Positions 13,216-24,844 of a stretch of DNA of 64,000 nt are shown here, one piece after another. How positions within the stretch are numbered: position 1 is the stretch's first letter; the number at the start of each line of letters is the position of its first letter. A program made the position numbers and the translations under genes. Origin of the DNA: Scyliorhinus canicula (taxonomy: Eukaryota); contig NC_052151.1 in the NCBI RefSeq assembly GCF_902713615.1, positions 165,187,050-165,251,049 on the forward strand. The letters are read 5' to 3'. The notes beneath the pieces were generated by a model. That model ran no database searches. It was not told where the DNA came from and saw nothing but the letters and a program-made list of their open reading frames with translations.

Positions 13216-14929
13216 AATTAGCACAGGAATTCAATTTTTATTCAAATTCAGTGAGTCTAAAATCCCAACAGAACAATGACATTAGTAATTAATAAAAATG
13301 TCATTGCTGATAAAATGTACAGTAAAGTTCCTGTGTGAATAATTCAAATGACCATCCTTTTTCATATTCTCAGAACACACTACAATACTTATCCATCTTG
13401 TGATTTAATTTAACCTGTGTTTCCACATTTACCTTGCATTTTCAACGAGGTATTTGAGAATTGTTTTCTTCTCCTTTGTAGTCAGATGAGTCTTTTCTCT
13501 CTTGTTATATGGAGCTTTCACAGTGTAGATTGGTTTCTCTGTCACTTGTATCTGATACAACATGTGGCTGTCGATAATCTTTACTAGTAGCAGCTAAAAA
13601 AGGGTTCAGCATTTCTCTGTTGGAGTTATGATTTTAACACTGAACTTGTGTGCAAATGAATCCCATGGGTGCAAGTAGGTGTCACTCTGCAGTGGAATAT
13701 TTCAAATGCTGCAATCTGTGATTAATTTGAGTCACATTGCAAGTTTGTTGAGGAGGAGATAATGAACAAAGCCTTGCACTGTTAATTATATACCTTATGA
13801 TAGACATCTGTTGGCCACAAAACACATATGCTTTGTGTTTTTTTGTACAGGCCTAATAATACCCTATTGTGGAATATTTAAAAGGTGGGAGTGGGCAGCA
13901 TAAATTCTACAGTACATGAAAATTTGTTGTTGCAGTCTCTGAACATCTGTTGAGTGCGTCTGGCGTGCTGCTATACCTTGTCATCTAATACTTTAAATCA
14001 GAAGCCAAATGTTTAATTGCTGCAAAATATTGGAAAATAAATCACTGTACAGCCTTTTGAGAACAGATTTAAGTAAGTGTGAGTGCTGAGAGTTTCTGCG
14101 AATGTACTTGCACTGGTTTCCTTTGCAAGTGTAAAACATAAGAGGCATTTGAATTAAAATTACTTTGTTTATCAGAGGGAAAGCCATTAAGATTAATTAT
14201 TTTAAAGTAGACAGACCCTGAACTGTCTTCTCCTGTTGCATGTTTGTACATGGACAAAATTACAGAGTACTGAATTTATATTTGCAAACGATCTGGTTTT
14301 GAACCAGCCTGCCACGTGTTTGTGAACTGTGTGAACATTTCTCATGTAAACCAGAAGTCTAAAGTGACTTGCGATGTGGAGGCACTAGTTATTAACAGTT
14401 CCTTTTTTTTAAATGGCACTCAGCACTCCAACCTACTTCCACCCCCATCATGAATTATGAGCATCAGATGTCCAGCTATACGTGATATTTTTCTCCATTG
14501 TCTGTTAACCATCAGTTGTTAATTCCGAATGACTGATTCCATGGCAACACAGTTAGTTCATATAATATGTCCTTGTGCGTGAAGTGGTGATGCGAATAGT
14601 TTGAACACAAAGGACCAGCTTTCTACTGCAATTTGGATTTTTCTAGGTAGTTTTTTAATCTGCTGTGAATTTTGGTTTTGTGTATTAATGTAAAATTAAA
14701 TGACATCTAATAAAAAAGGGATCCATAGAACCTTACAGAACCAAAGGGAGGCCATTTGGTCTGATGTATCTTACTGGATCTTTGAAAGAGCTGTTCAATT
14801 CATCCCATAAAACAGAATCATCACTAACATCTGACATTTGAGAGAAAAAATCAGGGCAACGCTTTTCATCTGAAATTTTGAATTGAGGGTTGAATCTGAT
14901 TGCTGTAAAGTGTCTAAGCAAGAGTGAGA

Positions 14930-15530
14930 TACTGTTTGATGAGCTTACATTGAGCTTCATTAGAAAAATTTGGACCTCGACAACCAGCATCAGAGTGGGA
15001 ATGGGACAGACAAACTCAAATGCTAGAGAGGTTTCACAAAGCGGTCATTGAAGCTATGTTTCATAAACCGCGAATGCAGTTTCCCAAATTGAAAGTATTT
15101 TAAGTAAATCACTTTTTCAACCAGAAGGAGTGTTTGGGGCCTTGGATGGCAAGAAGCGAAGAAGTAAGAAGGGCAGATATTGCATCTTATGCACTTGTAT
15201 GGGAAGACGCCATAGGATTGAGAGGTGTTGGGGGTGATTGAGGAGTTGAATGGCCCCAACAGAATGCTAGACGAGGGGTTGGGGGAAGGAAAATTCTGCA
15301 TGGTGGTGGCATGGTGCTAGAGGTGTTGGAAATGATAGAGGTTGATTCTTTGAATGTGGAGGCTGGTGAGGGGGTAGGTGAGGACTGAAGGAATCCAACT
15401 GTGGCTCTGAAAGGTATGACAGGGGTGGGAGCAGGAGATGGAGTATCTCAGTGGAGCACAGTGCACGTTTGAGTAACAGTGCTTCATCCTTTGATGATGA
15501 ACTTTCAATGTTTCCAGACAGACACAACAT
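14930..15530 (-). mobile_element. Penelope-like retroelement fragment
   Basis: IPSVLTYPLTSLHIQRI and GVFPYKCIRCNICP...DRFVKPL are degraded versions of the Penelope linker and GIY-YIG region. Confidence 0.7.
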
Positions 15531-17539
15531 TGAGTTCAACAATTGCAGATTACAACCTGTGTCCCATCTATTTTGGATGGCAGCTGTTGGTAATAATTGA
15601 TTCTTATTATATGCCCTCTGGATGCATTTTTCATTTCTTTACAGGTACATCCCAGTTGCTTTGTTATGCACAGTGCTCTAGCCCTCACCCTTCCCACCTC
15701 CCATACACTCCCATTTCCATACATGCTAAATCATGCTAACCTCACCCAGCCACATGGCCCTTTATTGCCACTGTGCCAACTTAATACCAATGGATGCCTC
15801 CACCAATCTCCTCCACCAATCCCCGTATAGCCCCTATGTCAACTCATGCCTATAACTGTCCCCTACCCAACACCCTTGTACTTATACCCTCTGTCCCAAC
15901 TCACTTAGTATCTAGCTCAGGCCACCATTCAGGAGCCATGTTGAAAGTAACATAATCTAAATATTGCAGTGTTCACTATATAAAAAGACTCCCATTCATG
16001 AATGCCTATGCAATGCATTAATATTCCTTCAAGTACTGAATCCTTTATTAAAAAAAAGCACCTGTATTCATAACTTCATATCAAAGCTAATGCTTTAATA
16101 ACCTCTGTAAATTGTCGATCCAACTGCGAACTTGCGACCCCCTCCCCACCTTAATAATGATAGATTGTGGATGCAGCCAAGTATTACTAATGCTATGATG
16201 GATTTAGGATTATGCCAGCAAACAGATATTGAAACTGCAAGAACAATCTCTTTTTAACTCTCGCCATAAGAGACAGGCAGTTCCTTTGACTTTTTAAAGG
16301 GTTGTCCATTTAAATATCTTGAAGTTCTACAAATAAAGTTCTACAGACTTTATCCACCCTTCAAGAAAATTTATGCCTCCTCTAAAGGTTCATAACTCCC
16401 ACTCTATGAAATAAGGTTTCTGTTCCAGGGAAATTGTGGTCTATTGACCTTAGCACTCAGTTCAAATGGCCTGCTGAACTCTATCCCCCACTGCGCAAAA
16501 ATAGGATCTTTTAGAAATGGGAGAGAGACTTTCAGATCCAGGTGCCAACTGCCATTTTTAAATGTCCCCAGAGTCTCCCCGACTCCGTGAAAATCTGCTC
16601 CATAATTTTTCTCCTGCTTTCCAACTTATCACAGACCTTTCTGTCTGTTCTTCACTCCCCTCCATGATCCTGTGCTTGCTAGATCCTGCTGCATCTCTAA
16701 TTGTTCCCATTTCTAATGAAACGTCATCAACCTGAAATATTTACTGTTCCTCTGTTCATAGACTTCCTGAATATTTCCAGCATTTTCAGTTTTTTTTTTG
16801 TTTTCCCAGTATCTGCAGTGTTTGTCTTCTCATATCTCATCCAGCTATTTTTTCCATTTTTTAAATGTCTTCACTGGTTACCAATCTTCCTACCATTGGG
16901 AACATTTTTTTGCCTTATTTGCTTCATCAAAATCCACCATGATTTTGAACACCTCCCTTAACCCTCTCTGCTCGAGGGAGAACAGCCCCAATTTCTCCCA
17001 TTCCCTCCACATAACTGAAGTCCCTCAAACTTGTTACCATCTGGACCATCTCCTCTGCCCTCTCTCTGGCCTAAAGTGTGACATCCAACATTTGACAAAA
17101 TACTGTGACTGAGGTACTCATTATTCAGTTTATTTCATGTAGCGATGATAGAGGGTATCAATCTTACATGATAAAAAGCTAAGAATCTAATCTTCAAGCA
17201 CATGGTTTTCACTCAATATGTGGAACTTAGTTGTCCCATAAAATGCAAATGCATTTCGCAGTTCCCACAACTGGGATAAATGCCTTTGATAACTGAGTCC
17301 TGGTCAAATGCAGAGTCTGAAGCAGAGCTCTAAATCCTTACATTTAGATTGCTGACTTGCGCAAAGCTTCATTTTCCACAATGGCTTCTGCGCCAGAAGG
17401 GTGAATTTACCATCTTGATAAATTGTGCTGAAATAGTAGGTATGAATAATAAGTGCTAGCCTTTACATCTGCATCTACCCCCTGCAAGTGAGAACATATT
17501 TCTTCCTCTCCCCACCCACCCCACAATGACTACAAATTT

Positions 17540-17990
17540 GGTTTAAATCTTTATTTTCTCTTGTTCATTTTCTTCCTTCCAATCTTCTGCTTTTTGCTTG
17601 ATCCCATGGCCCAGCTGACCATTGTAAGTTTGTAGTCTATCAAACACAAATGCAGTGGGAAGTTTGCCATTGAAGGTAGACAAGTAAAACTCAGTGTCTT
17701 CAATGTTCACATGGAAACTAGCCTCATATGGATGAGGTTGCGAACGGGGCAAGATGCAGATGAGGAAGAGGAGGGAGTCTAGGATTAATCCATGGGTGGG
17801 AAAAGGGGAACACCTAATGTGGTCAAAGGCTGCAAAGATGCGGAGGAGGGATAAAGTAACATATTCACAGTTACAGAAAATGTCATTTGTAATGTTGTTT
17901 GGGACCATTACATTGCATTTATAGAATGCCCTGATCGATTATCAGCACAGATGTTCAGGCAATGACACATATAAAAATCTTTAGAGAGGA
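17540..17990 (-). mobile_element. L2-type LINE fragment
   Basis: ORF 17543..17908 resembles the L2 RT segment (VTNDIL...LLDLSAAFD). Confidence 0.5.
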
Positions 17991-19364
17991 AGAGAGTTTG
18001 GAAATAAATTGATAGTGTGCCGGTACAGAAAGCTTGAAGTTGAGTTTTTTATGAGGAAGTGATGAAAATGTCAGTTTTTGCGACAAGATAAACCTCTTCA
18101 GGAGGCAAACACTTGATTCCTCTAACACTTCTTTCCTCTGAAATCTTAGAATGTACTGTCATATCCCTAATCCATACCCATCTTTCCCACATGTTACTTC
18201 TAGTAAACTCTGAGGAACAATCCTCGGGCCACACCTACTTCTTGTTTACACACTGACCCCAATGCGAACATCTAAAAAAACAAGAGTTTCTCATGTATGC
18301 TGAGGACCCCAGCTGTTTAAACCAGTCCATTGTCTCTAAATTTTTTCAGATTGACAGTGACAAATGTAGATCTAAAACTAGTGTCTTAAACCTAAACAAA
18401 GGCAACTACAAAGGTAGGAACGCAGCTGGCTAAAGTCGACAGGGAAAATAGGGTTCAATGGTAAGGTGATAGAGAAGCATGCCAGACATTTAAGGAGACA
18501 TTTCATATCTCTTCACAAAGATATATTACATTGATAAAGAAAGACTTTAGAAAAATGGACCACCATCCTTAGTTAACCAAGTTAGCTCAGGATGGTGTCA
18601 AATTTAAAGAGAAGCTGCTCAACGTTGCAAAGGTGATTGGTCGGCCAGAAGGCTTGGAAACGTTTAGAAACCAAAGGATGACTAAAACAATAATAAAGAG
18701 GGAGAAAATAGAGTATGAGTGAAAACTAGCAAGAAATATAAAAGCGGACAATAAAGCTGCCTACAAGTATATAAAAAGGAAAAGAGTTGCTGAAGTAATC
18801 ATTGGTCCCATAGAGGATGATACTGGGTAATTATTAATGGGAAGCAAGGTAATTATAGAGGTATTAACGAAGTATTTTGCATATGACTTCATGGGTGAAG
18901 ACACAAAAAGTATCCCAAGAATAATAAAAAATCCAGAGAAAAATGGGAGGGAGGAACTTAAAACAATCATTAGAAACAAATTACTGAGAAATTTAATATG
19001 AGTAAAGGCCGATGGTTACCTGCACTTGCTGGCCTGCATACTAGGGTCTTAAAAGAAGTGGCTGCAGAGATAGCAGATGTGTTTGTTGTTATCTTCCAAA
19101 ATTCCCTTGTTTCTAGAAAGGTTTCAATGGATTATAAACTGCAAATTTAACACCTCTATTCAAGAAAAGAGGAATCTGTAGTCAGTTAGCCTAACACCTG
19201 TCATTGGGTAATGCCAGAGTCATTTATTAAGGAACTCGTAGCAGAACATTTAAAAACTAGGCAGAGTCAGCATAGTTTTGTGAAAGGGAAATTGTGTTTG
19301 ACAAATTTATTAGAGTTGTTTGAGAATGTAACAAGAGGGTAGATAAAGGGGAACGAGTAGATGC

Positions 19365-19556
19365 TGGACGAGGTTCTCCGGCCTGCTTGCTGCATGTTTC
19401 TCGGCTGCACCCCGTTCGCTGGTGGCGGGATTCTATCTTCCCGCCACTTGTCAATAGGATTTCCCATTGTAACCATCCCACGTCACCACAAAACCTGCTG
19501 GCGGGTGTGTGCTGTCGTCGGAAAAATTGAATTGCAGTGACCAGGGAATTCTGCCT
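19365..19556. mobile_element. ~190-bp Harbinger-like MITE nested in CR1
   Basis: Same family as 852-1042 in opposite orientation; interrupts the CR1 just before YLDFQKAFD. Confidence 0.7.
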
Positions 19557-19754
19557 ACCATGTATTTGGATTTCCAAAAGGCATTCGATAAGGTGCCACA
19601 TGAGAACACATGGTGTTGGGAGTGATATATTAGCATGGATAGAGAATTGGCTAACTAACCGGAAACAGAGTTGGGATAAATGGGTAATTTTTATTTCGGC
19701 AAACTGTAACTAGTGGAGTGCCGCAGGGATCAATGCTGATTTTGCATCTATTTG

Positions 19755-19940
19755 AAAATGAATGAAATGAAAATCGCTTATTGTCACAAGTAGGCTTCAA
19801 TGAAGTTACTGTGAAAAGCCCCTAGTCGCCACATTCCGGCGCCTGTCCGGGGAGGCTGGTACGAGAATCGAACCGTGCTGCTGGCTTGCTTGGTCTGCTT
19901 TAAAAGCTAGAGATTTAGCCGAGTGAGCTAAACCAGCCCC
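19755..19940 (-). mobile_element. tRNA-derived SINE (MetaSINE-like body, from recall)
   Basis: Minus-strand head ggggctggtttagctca...ggttcgattc; body gtggcgactaggggcttttcacagtaacttcattgaagcctac; same family as 57350-57513. Confidence 0.8.
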
Positions 19941-21638
19941 TAGAACAACATCAAAGGGCTCGTCCGGGATTTATGATGTATATTAACGACTTGGATTAAG
20001 GGACTGATTATTATTGTTAAATTTGGTTATAATACAAAGATAGGTAGAAAGCAAGTTGTGAGTATGATGTAAAGCAGTAGTGCGCAACCTGCAAGGCGGG
20101 GGCTACATACAGCCCATTTGGGTTCTGAGTAGAGCCCACGAGACATTGGCTGGATTCTCCGCCGCATCGAGAACTCTGCTTCTGGTGGCAAGCGGCAGAC
20201 ATACCAGCGTTGGGCAGAAAATACGATCGATGCCAGCTGCTGATCCCGTTCCGATGCCACGCTCTCCCTGGCGTTGGGATCGAAGTTCGCACCCAGCTCT
20301 AGCGGGAGGATGCAAATGAATCATTAAGACCCATTTGGAAGTGGGTATAAGTGGCCTGGCACCATATTCTCTGAATCCTCGTGATTCTCCGGTCCCCTGT
20401 GTCAGGAATCACATGGGCAAGAATTAATGCAGGTCTTTACAACATGGCATTGACAGGCTGTGCCGTGAATGTTTCCCCCAAAGTCCATCGGAGGACCACC
20501 TGTCCCCCCACAATGCAAGACCTGCCCACCCCACCTCTACAAGACACCCCCCCCATAGTCTCCCCACGAGAGATCCGCTAATTAAGTAGACCCCCACCAG
20601 AGACCTCTAATTAAAGAGACACCCCCGATAATAGTGACCACTACCTTGAAACCCTCGAGACAGACCTCTGTCTGTCTGGAAGTTCCCCAGAAGAGAAACC
20701 CCTGCCTGGAAGCCCCCCGAAAGAGAGACCCCCTGCTTGGAAGCCTGCCAGAAAACCTGGAGAGAAGTCCAAACGCAGGTAGTGAAGAAAATCACCGCTT
20801 CGAAACTCACCTGTGCAATACACCTGCTGGCTCAGGCAGAGGAAGCAGCACCTGTCAATTCCTGGAACGAGAAAACCAGTCAGCTAGGTTTAAACATCCT
20901 CAGATCCTTGATCTGCAAGCTATCCATTCATTTCTCTGTGAAATTGATTTTACTAGGCTGTGATTGACAGCTTCCACACATCTAGCTGTTTGCATTGCTT
21001 CATTCATGTCACTTCACGCTTGAGTGTCTTTGAAGTAGCCAGCTGTGAAACTAACAGAAAGCACTTAACTCCATTTGATGCTATCCAGGAGCCGGCAATC
21101 ATAGCTTGATGTTTATAAACATGGTGATTAGTTTCACAGCTGACTACTTCAAAGCCATTGAGAGAATAAAGTGTCTCCAAGTAAGAAACAGATGAGTTTT
21201 TTTTCTCTGACCGACGGTCATTTGTGTTTTGGGATTCTCTTCCCCAGCGAGCATTGAACTATTCAAGGTGAGCTGACAGAGTTTTGATCTCAAAGGAAGT
21301 CCAGCTTCATGGGGGGCAGGCAGCACAGTGGAGCAAAGGCCGCAAACAGATCAGGCATGATCTTATTAAATTGCAGTCTAGGCTCGAGGAGCCAAATGGC
21401 CTACTTCTGCACCGATTTCTTATGATTTTACCACCTTACCTTTGTCTGCTTGTCTGACATCCAGTACCTGATAAAATGTCTTGATAATTGGGGAGGCCAA
21501 AGCTATTGTCTTGGAATCCCACTACAAACTGTTCCCTAGCATCAGCTTCCATCCTTCACCTGGCAACTCACTTTGGCTAAACAACCCTGCTCACAATCCA
21601 AGCTTTGCATTTGACTCCAGATGAGTTTGTGATCTAAT

Positions 21639-22326
21639 GGGCAGACTTTTGTGCGACACCCAAGTTGCTTCTGAGGCGGGAGGGGACACACAGTGGGGAT
21701 GGAAAATTGAATCAGTGAGATTTTTACGCACCCGTCCAAATCCAGGTGCATTTCATGCTTTGATGGGCAGGACTTCCAGCGGGAAGCCCACCCTTTCACC
21801 TATTTAGGCCCTTAAGTGGCCACTTAATGGCTGCTTAAGGGCCTTATCCCACCCAGCCTCAATTTTTAGATTGGCAGGTGAGCAGGGTGGGCAACTAACA
21901 ATAAAACTTTCCCCCATCTCGGCAGGAAAGGAGGGGGGATGGAGGCATCTTACTTTGAAGGCCTCCCTCAGAGTTGGGACATTGGAGCTCTGGCACATCC
22001 TCCACCCTGGCTTACCCCCGATGCTACAATCGCCCCCTCCGATCACCCCCTCTCCATTCCTCAGTATCACCTATCCTCCAACCAGAATTTACCCCAGAAT
22101 TTACCTTTGCAACTGTCATGGCACTTAGTCCCAAGCAGAGCGCTGCAGTACCTCTTCTGGCCACTGCAGCGCTGTGTCTGGCCGGGTTGTGATTGGCCGA
22201 CAGCTCTCACGGATGGGATATCTTTCCAAGGGTGGAACGAAGTCAAGTGAGTGCTAAATGGCAGTGGGAGTTTGAGAGTCGGCAGTTGCACATTACATGC
22301 TGATCGCCATCCTTAAAATCCTACCC
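21639..22326. mobile_element. Harbinger-like MITE inside L2 remnants
   Basis: Termini gggcagactttt...aaaatcctaccc; flanks aat / tat. Confidence 0.55.
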
Positions 22327-22817
22327 TATCATAGGACTGCCTAAATCAACACTGTGCTATCACCTGCCTCAACCCCTGCCTGAGCATAACTGCTGCTGAA
22401 ACCCTTATCCATACCTTTGTTAACTTGTGGTTTAACTATTTTATTGCTGTCCTGGCTGGCACCTCACATTCAACCTTCTGTAAATTTGAAGTCATCCAAA
22501 ACTTGCCTGTCTGTATCCAAACTTGCACCAAGTTCCATTTATCCACTTCCCTTGTGCATGTTACCCCGACATTGTTACCCCGTTGGGCAATGCCTCAATT
22601 TGAAAATCCCATCCTTGTTTTCAGATTGCTCTTGTGGCTTCATCCCCGCCTAGCTCCGTAACCTGCTCCAGCTCCCCAACCTTCTGGGAGCTCCTTTCCT
22701 TCCAATTCTGACCTCTGGCACAACTGTGATTTTTAATCATTCTACCCATGCCTTCAGCTGCAAATGCGCATTCTACCCATGCTCCTTAAAATCTGCCTCT
22801 TTAACCTACCTCTTTGA

Positions 22818-23170
22818 GGGGTGGCAGTGGTGTGATGGTTTTGTCACTGGACTAGTCATACAGGGACCCAGAGTCATGCTCTGGGGACCCGGGTTCAAAT
22901 CCCACCATGGCAGATAGTGAAATTTGAATTCAATAAACAAAAGTTTGGAACTAAAAGTCTAAAAGGTGACCATGAAATCATTGTCGATTGTCATAAAAAC
23001 CCATCTGGTTCACTAATGTCCTTTAGGGAAGGAAATCTGTCGTCCTGACCTGGTTTGGCCTATATGTGACTCTAGACCGACAGAAACGTGGTTGGCTCTG
23101 AAATGCTCTCAGGGATGGGCAATAAATACTGGCCCAGCCAGTGACACCCACATCCCATGGACAAATAAAA
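22818..23170 (+). mobile_element. tRNA-derived SINE
   Basis: A-box-like gtggtgtgatgg, B-box gggttcaaatccc, body ggttcactaatgtcctttagggaaggaaatctg, A-rich end. Confidence 0.75.
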
Positions 23171-23257
23171 AGAAAATCTGCTCTACAACTCCTGAGGTGA
23201 CTGGATATCAAGTTTGTTTTGATAATGTGCCTTGAAACATTAAAAGACGCTATATGT

Positions 23258-23481
23258 GGGGCAGCACGGTGGCACAGTGGTTAGCATTGCTGCCTACGGC
23301 GCTGAGGACCTGGGGTCGAATCCCGGCCCTGGGTCACTGTCCGTGTGGAGTTTGCACATTCTCCCTGTGTCTGAGTGGGTTTCGCCCCCACAACCCAAAG
23401 ATGTGCAGGTTAGGTGGATTGGCCACGTTAAATTGCCCCTTAATTGGAAAAAATTATTGGGTACTCTAAATTTATTTTTTA
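23258..23481 (+). mobile_element. HE1-like V-SINE, short AT-tailed form
   Basis: Head gggcagcacggtggcacagtggttagc and V-domain; TSD aaaagacgcta(t/a)tgtg, 17 bp with 1 mismatch. Confidence 0.9.
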
Positions 23482-23800
23482 AAAAGACGCTATTTGTGCA
23501 CGTTATTGTTGAATGTTAGTACAATCCTGGGTGATATAAGCCTTGTCCGCCTGTGGGCTTTCAGGAGTGAAATTAGGCCAATTGTAGCACCTTTACTGCA
23601 GGCTTGACAAAGAATAACATCAGCACTCAGATAGCCGATTGAACCAGCATCCTTCTTGATCCCTGCAGCCCAGTTATACATCAGAGATTTGCAGTGAGTC
23701 AGTGGGGTCTGCGGTTGCTTAGACTTTTCTGACTTCTGAAGTTCAAATGTAACATTTTCTCATACTTTCGAAGCATGTTAAATATGTTGTTAACTTCCAG

Positions 23801-23909
23801 ATGCAACAGTTAATGAAAGCAGCAAAGGATGGTACGAAAGATGGATTAGAAAAGACCAAAGCTGCCGTTCTTAAAAGGGGACGTTCGTTCATTAGACACA
23901 GGTATCAAG
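23801..23909 (+). CDS. ARHGEF10: ARHGEF10 coding exon (MQQLMKAAKDGTKDGLEKTKAAVLKRGRSFIRHRYQ)
   Basis: ttccag| acceptor and |gtgagt donor; 109 nt, ends in phase 1. Translation matches vertebrate ARHGEF10 as I recall it (MQKLVKAAKDGTKDGLERTRAAVKRGRSFIR). Confidence 0.93.
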
Positions 23910-24844
23910 GTGAGTGAGCGAAGTGGACATGTTGCAGAGCAAAGGGAAAATACATGATCACTTTTGTCGTCTCTGCCAAGAAGGCAGCTTTTTCAAAAGC
24001 TTTGAGCAAAACTTAGTAATAAAATTTATTTTTAAATTATAGAATGCCATAAATGTGCTGAATGTTTTGCTATTCAATGTACTGTCCCTTGCCCCAAACA
24101 CACTTCTGCAGTCGAGCAAGAGTCACCGACGAGTAATGAGTATCATGAACCTTGGATTGTTCTCGCCCTCCACTGAGTTCACGTGTTGTGCACCCACCAT
24201 TGACCTGGTGGAAATCACAGATTGTGACTTGAGCCGGTGACCTTTCTGTCTTGTGTGATTCGGCCCCACTCTCTTCTCATTGAGACCAGCAGGCCAGCTT
24301 CTTAAGTGGTGCAATAAGTAACCCTAACGACAACCTAAAAAGTGTTTCAGGTGCTCTGCATCAATTTAATTTTTCACCGTTGATTTCCTTTAAAACTTGC
24401 CCATCTGTAACAAAGTAAGGATGAAAATATGAATGGCCCCACCTGATTGCCTATTATTTGAGGCTTAATCACGGGCTGGTGTTTAGTTTTGATATCCGAT
24501 TTCAACCCAGGGAGCACAGTCGACAATTATAAATTAGAATTCAAAAATATCTAATGGCTCGTTAATGTTACCTTCACCAGAGCAGTGGGAATTAACTTTT
24601 ATTCAGTGCAGTTTCCACATCTAGTTTCACACAGTTTTCATTTTGTTAGATCTCTCTTTCCTTGAAATGGTTTTGCATTCCCTTTTCGGAGTGCGGGCTT
24701 GTCCATTTTGTCTCTTTCTGGAGTTGGGGTGTTAAACAATGCCTTTTCGGAGGCATGGGTACGTTTATCCACTTTATTGTAGGATAGGGGAGAAGGTGTG
24801 TTGTTAATTAGTGGCTGCTGGTTCACTTTAATCGGGGGAACCAT

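Larger units (their letters stand above)
18370..20090 (+). mobile_element. CR1 LINE fragment with nested MITE and SINE
   Basis: QHSFVKGKLCLTNLLE, YLDFQKAFDKVPH and SGVPQGS motifs. Confidence 0.85.

Noticed and set aside
19956-19972. Intact tRNA-Pro gene or retroviral primer-binding site
   Set aside because: Only 17 nt of tRNA, no TGG (CCA complement) and no adjacent LTR; treated as a SINE 5' extension instead.
23258-23335. tRNA genes at SINE heads
   Set aside because: The A/B boxes continue into SINE bodies with TSDs; these are not stand-alone tRNAs.
1-23800. Expected upstream ARHGEF10 exons (WSSSEFESY..., LSHDLTRLKEHYEKK...)
   Set aside because: Not found by eye in any frame; they may lie upstream of the window or be too diverged. 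tblastn would settle it.
23901-23909. Alternative donor cag|gtatca 8 nt upstream of the chosen donor
   Set aside because: It would shift the frame relative to the 31129 exon, and gtgagt is the stronger site.
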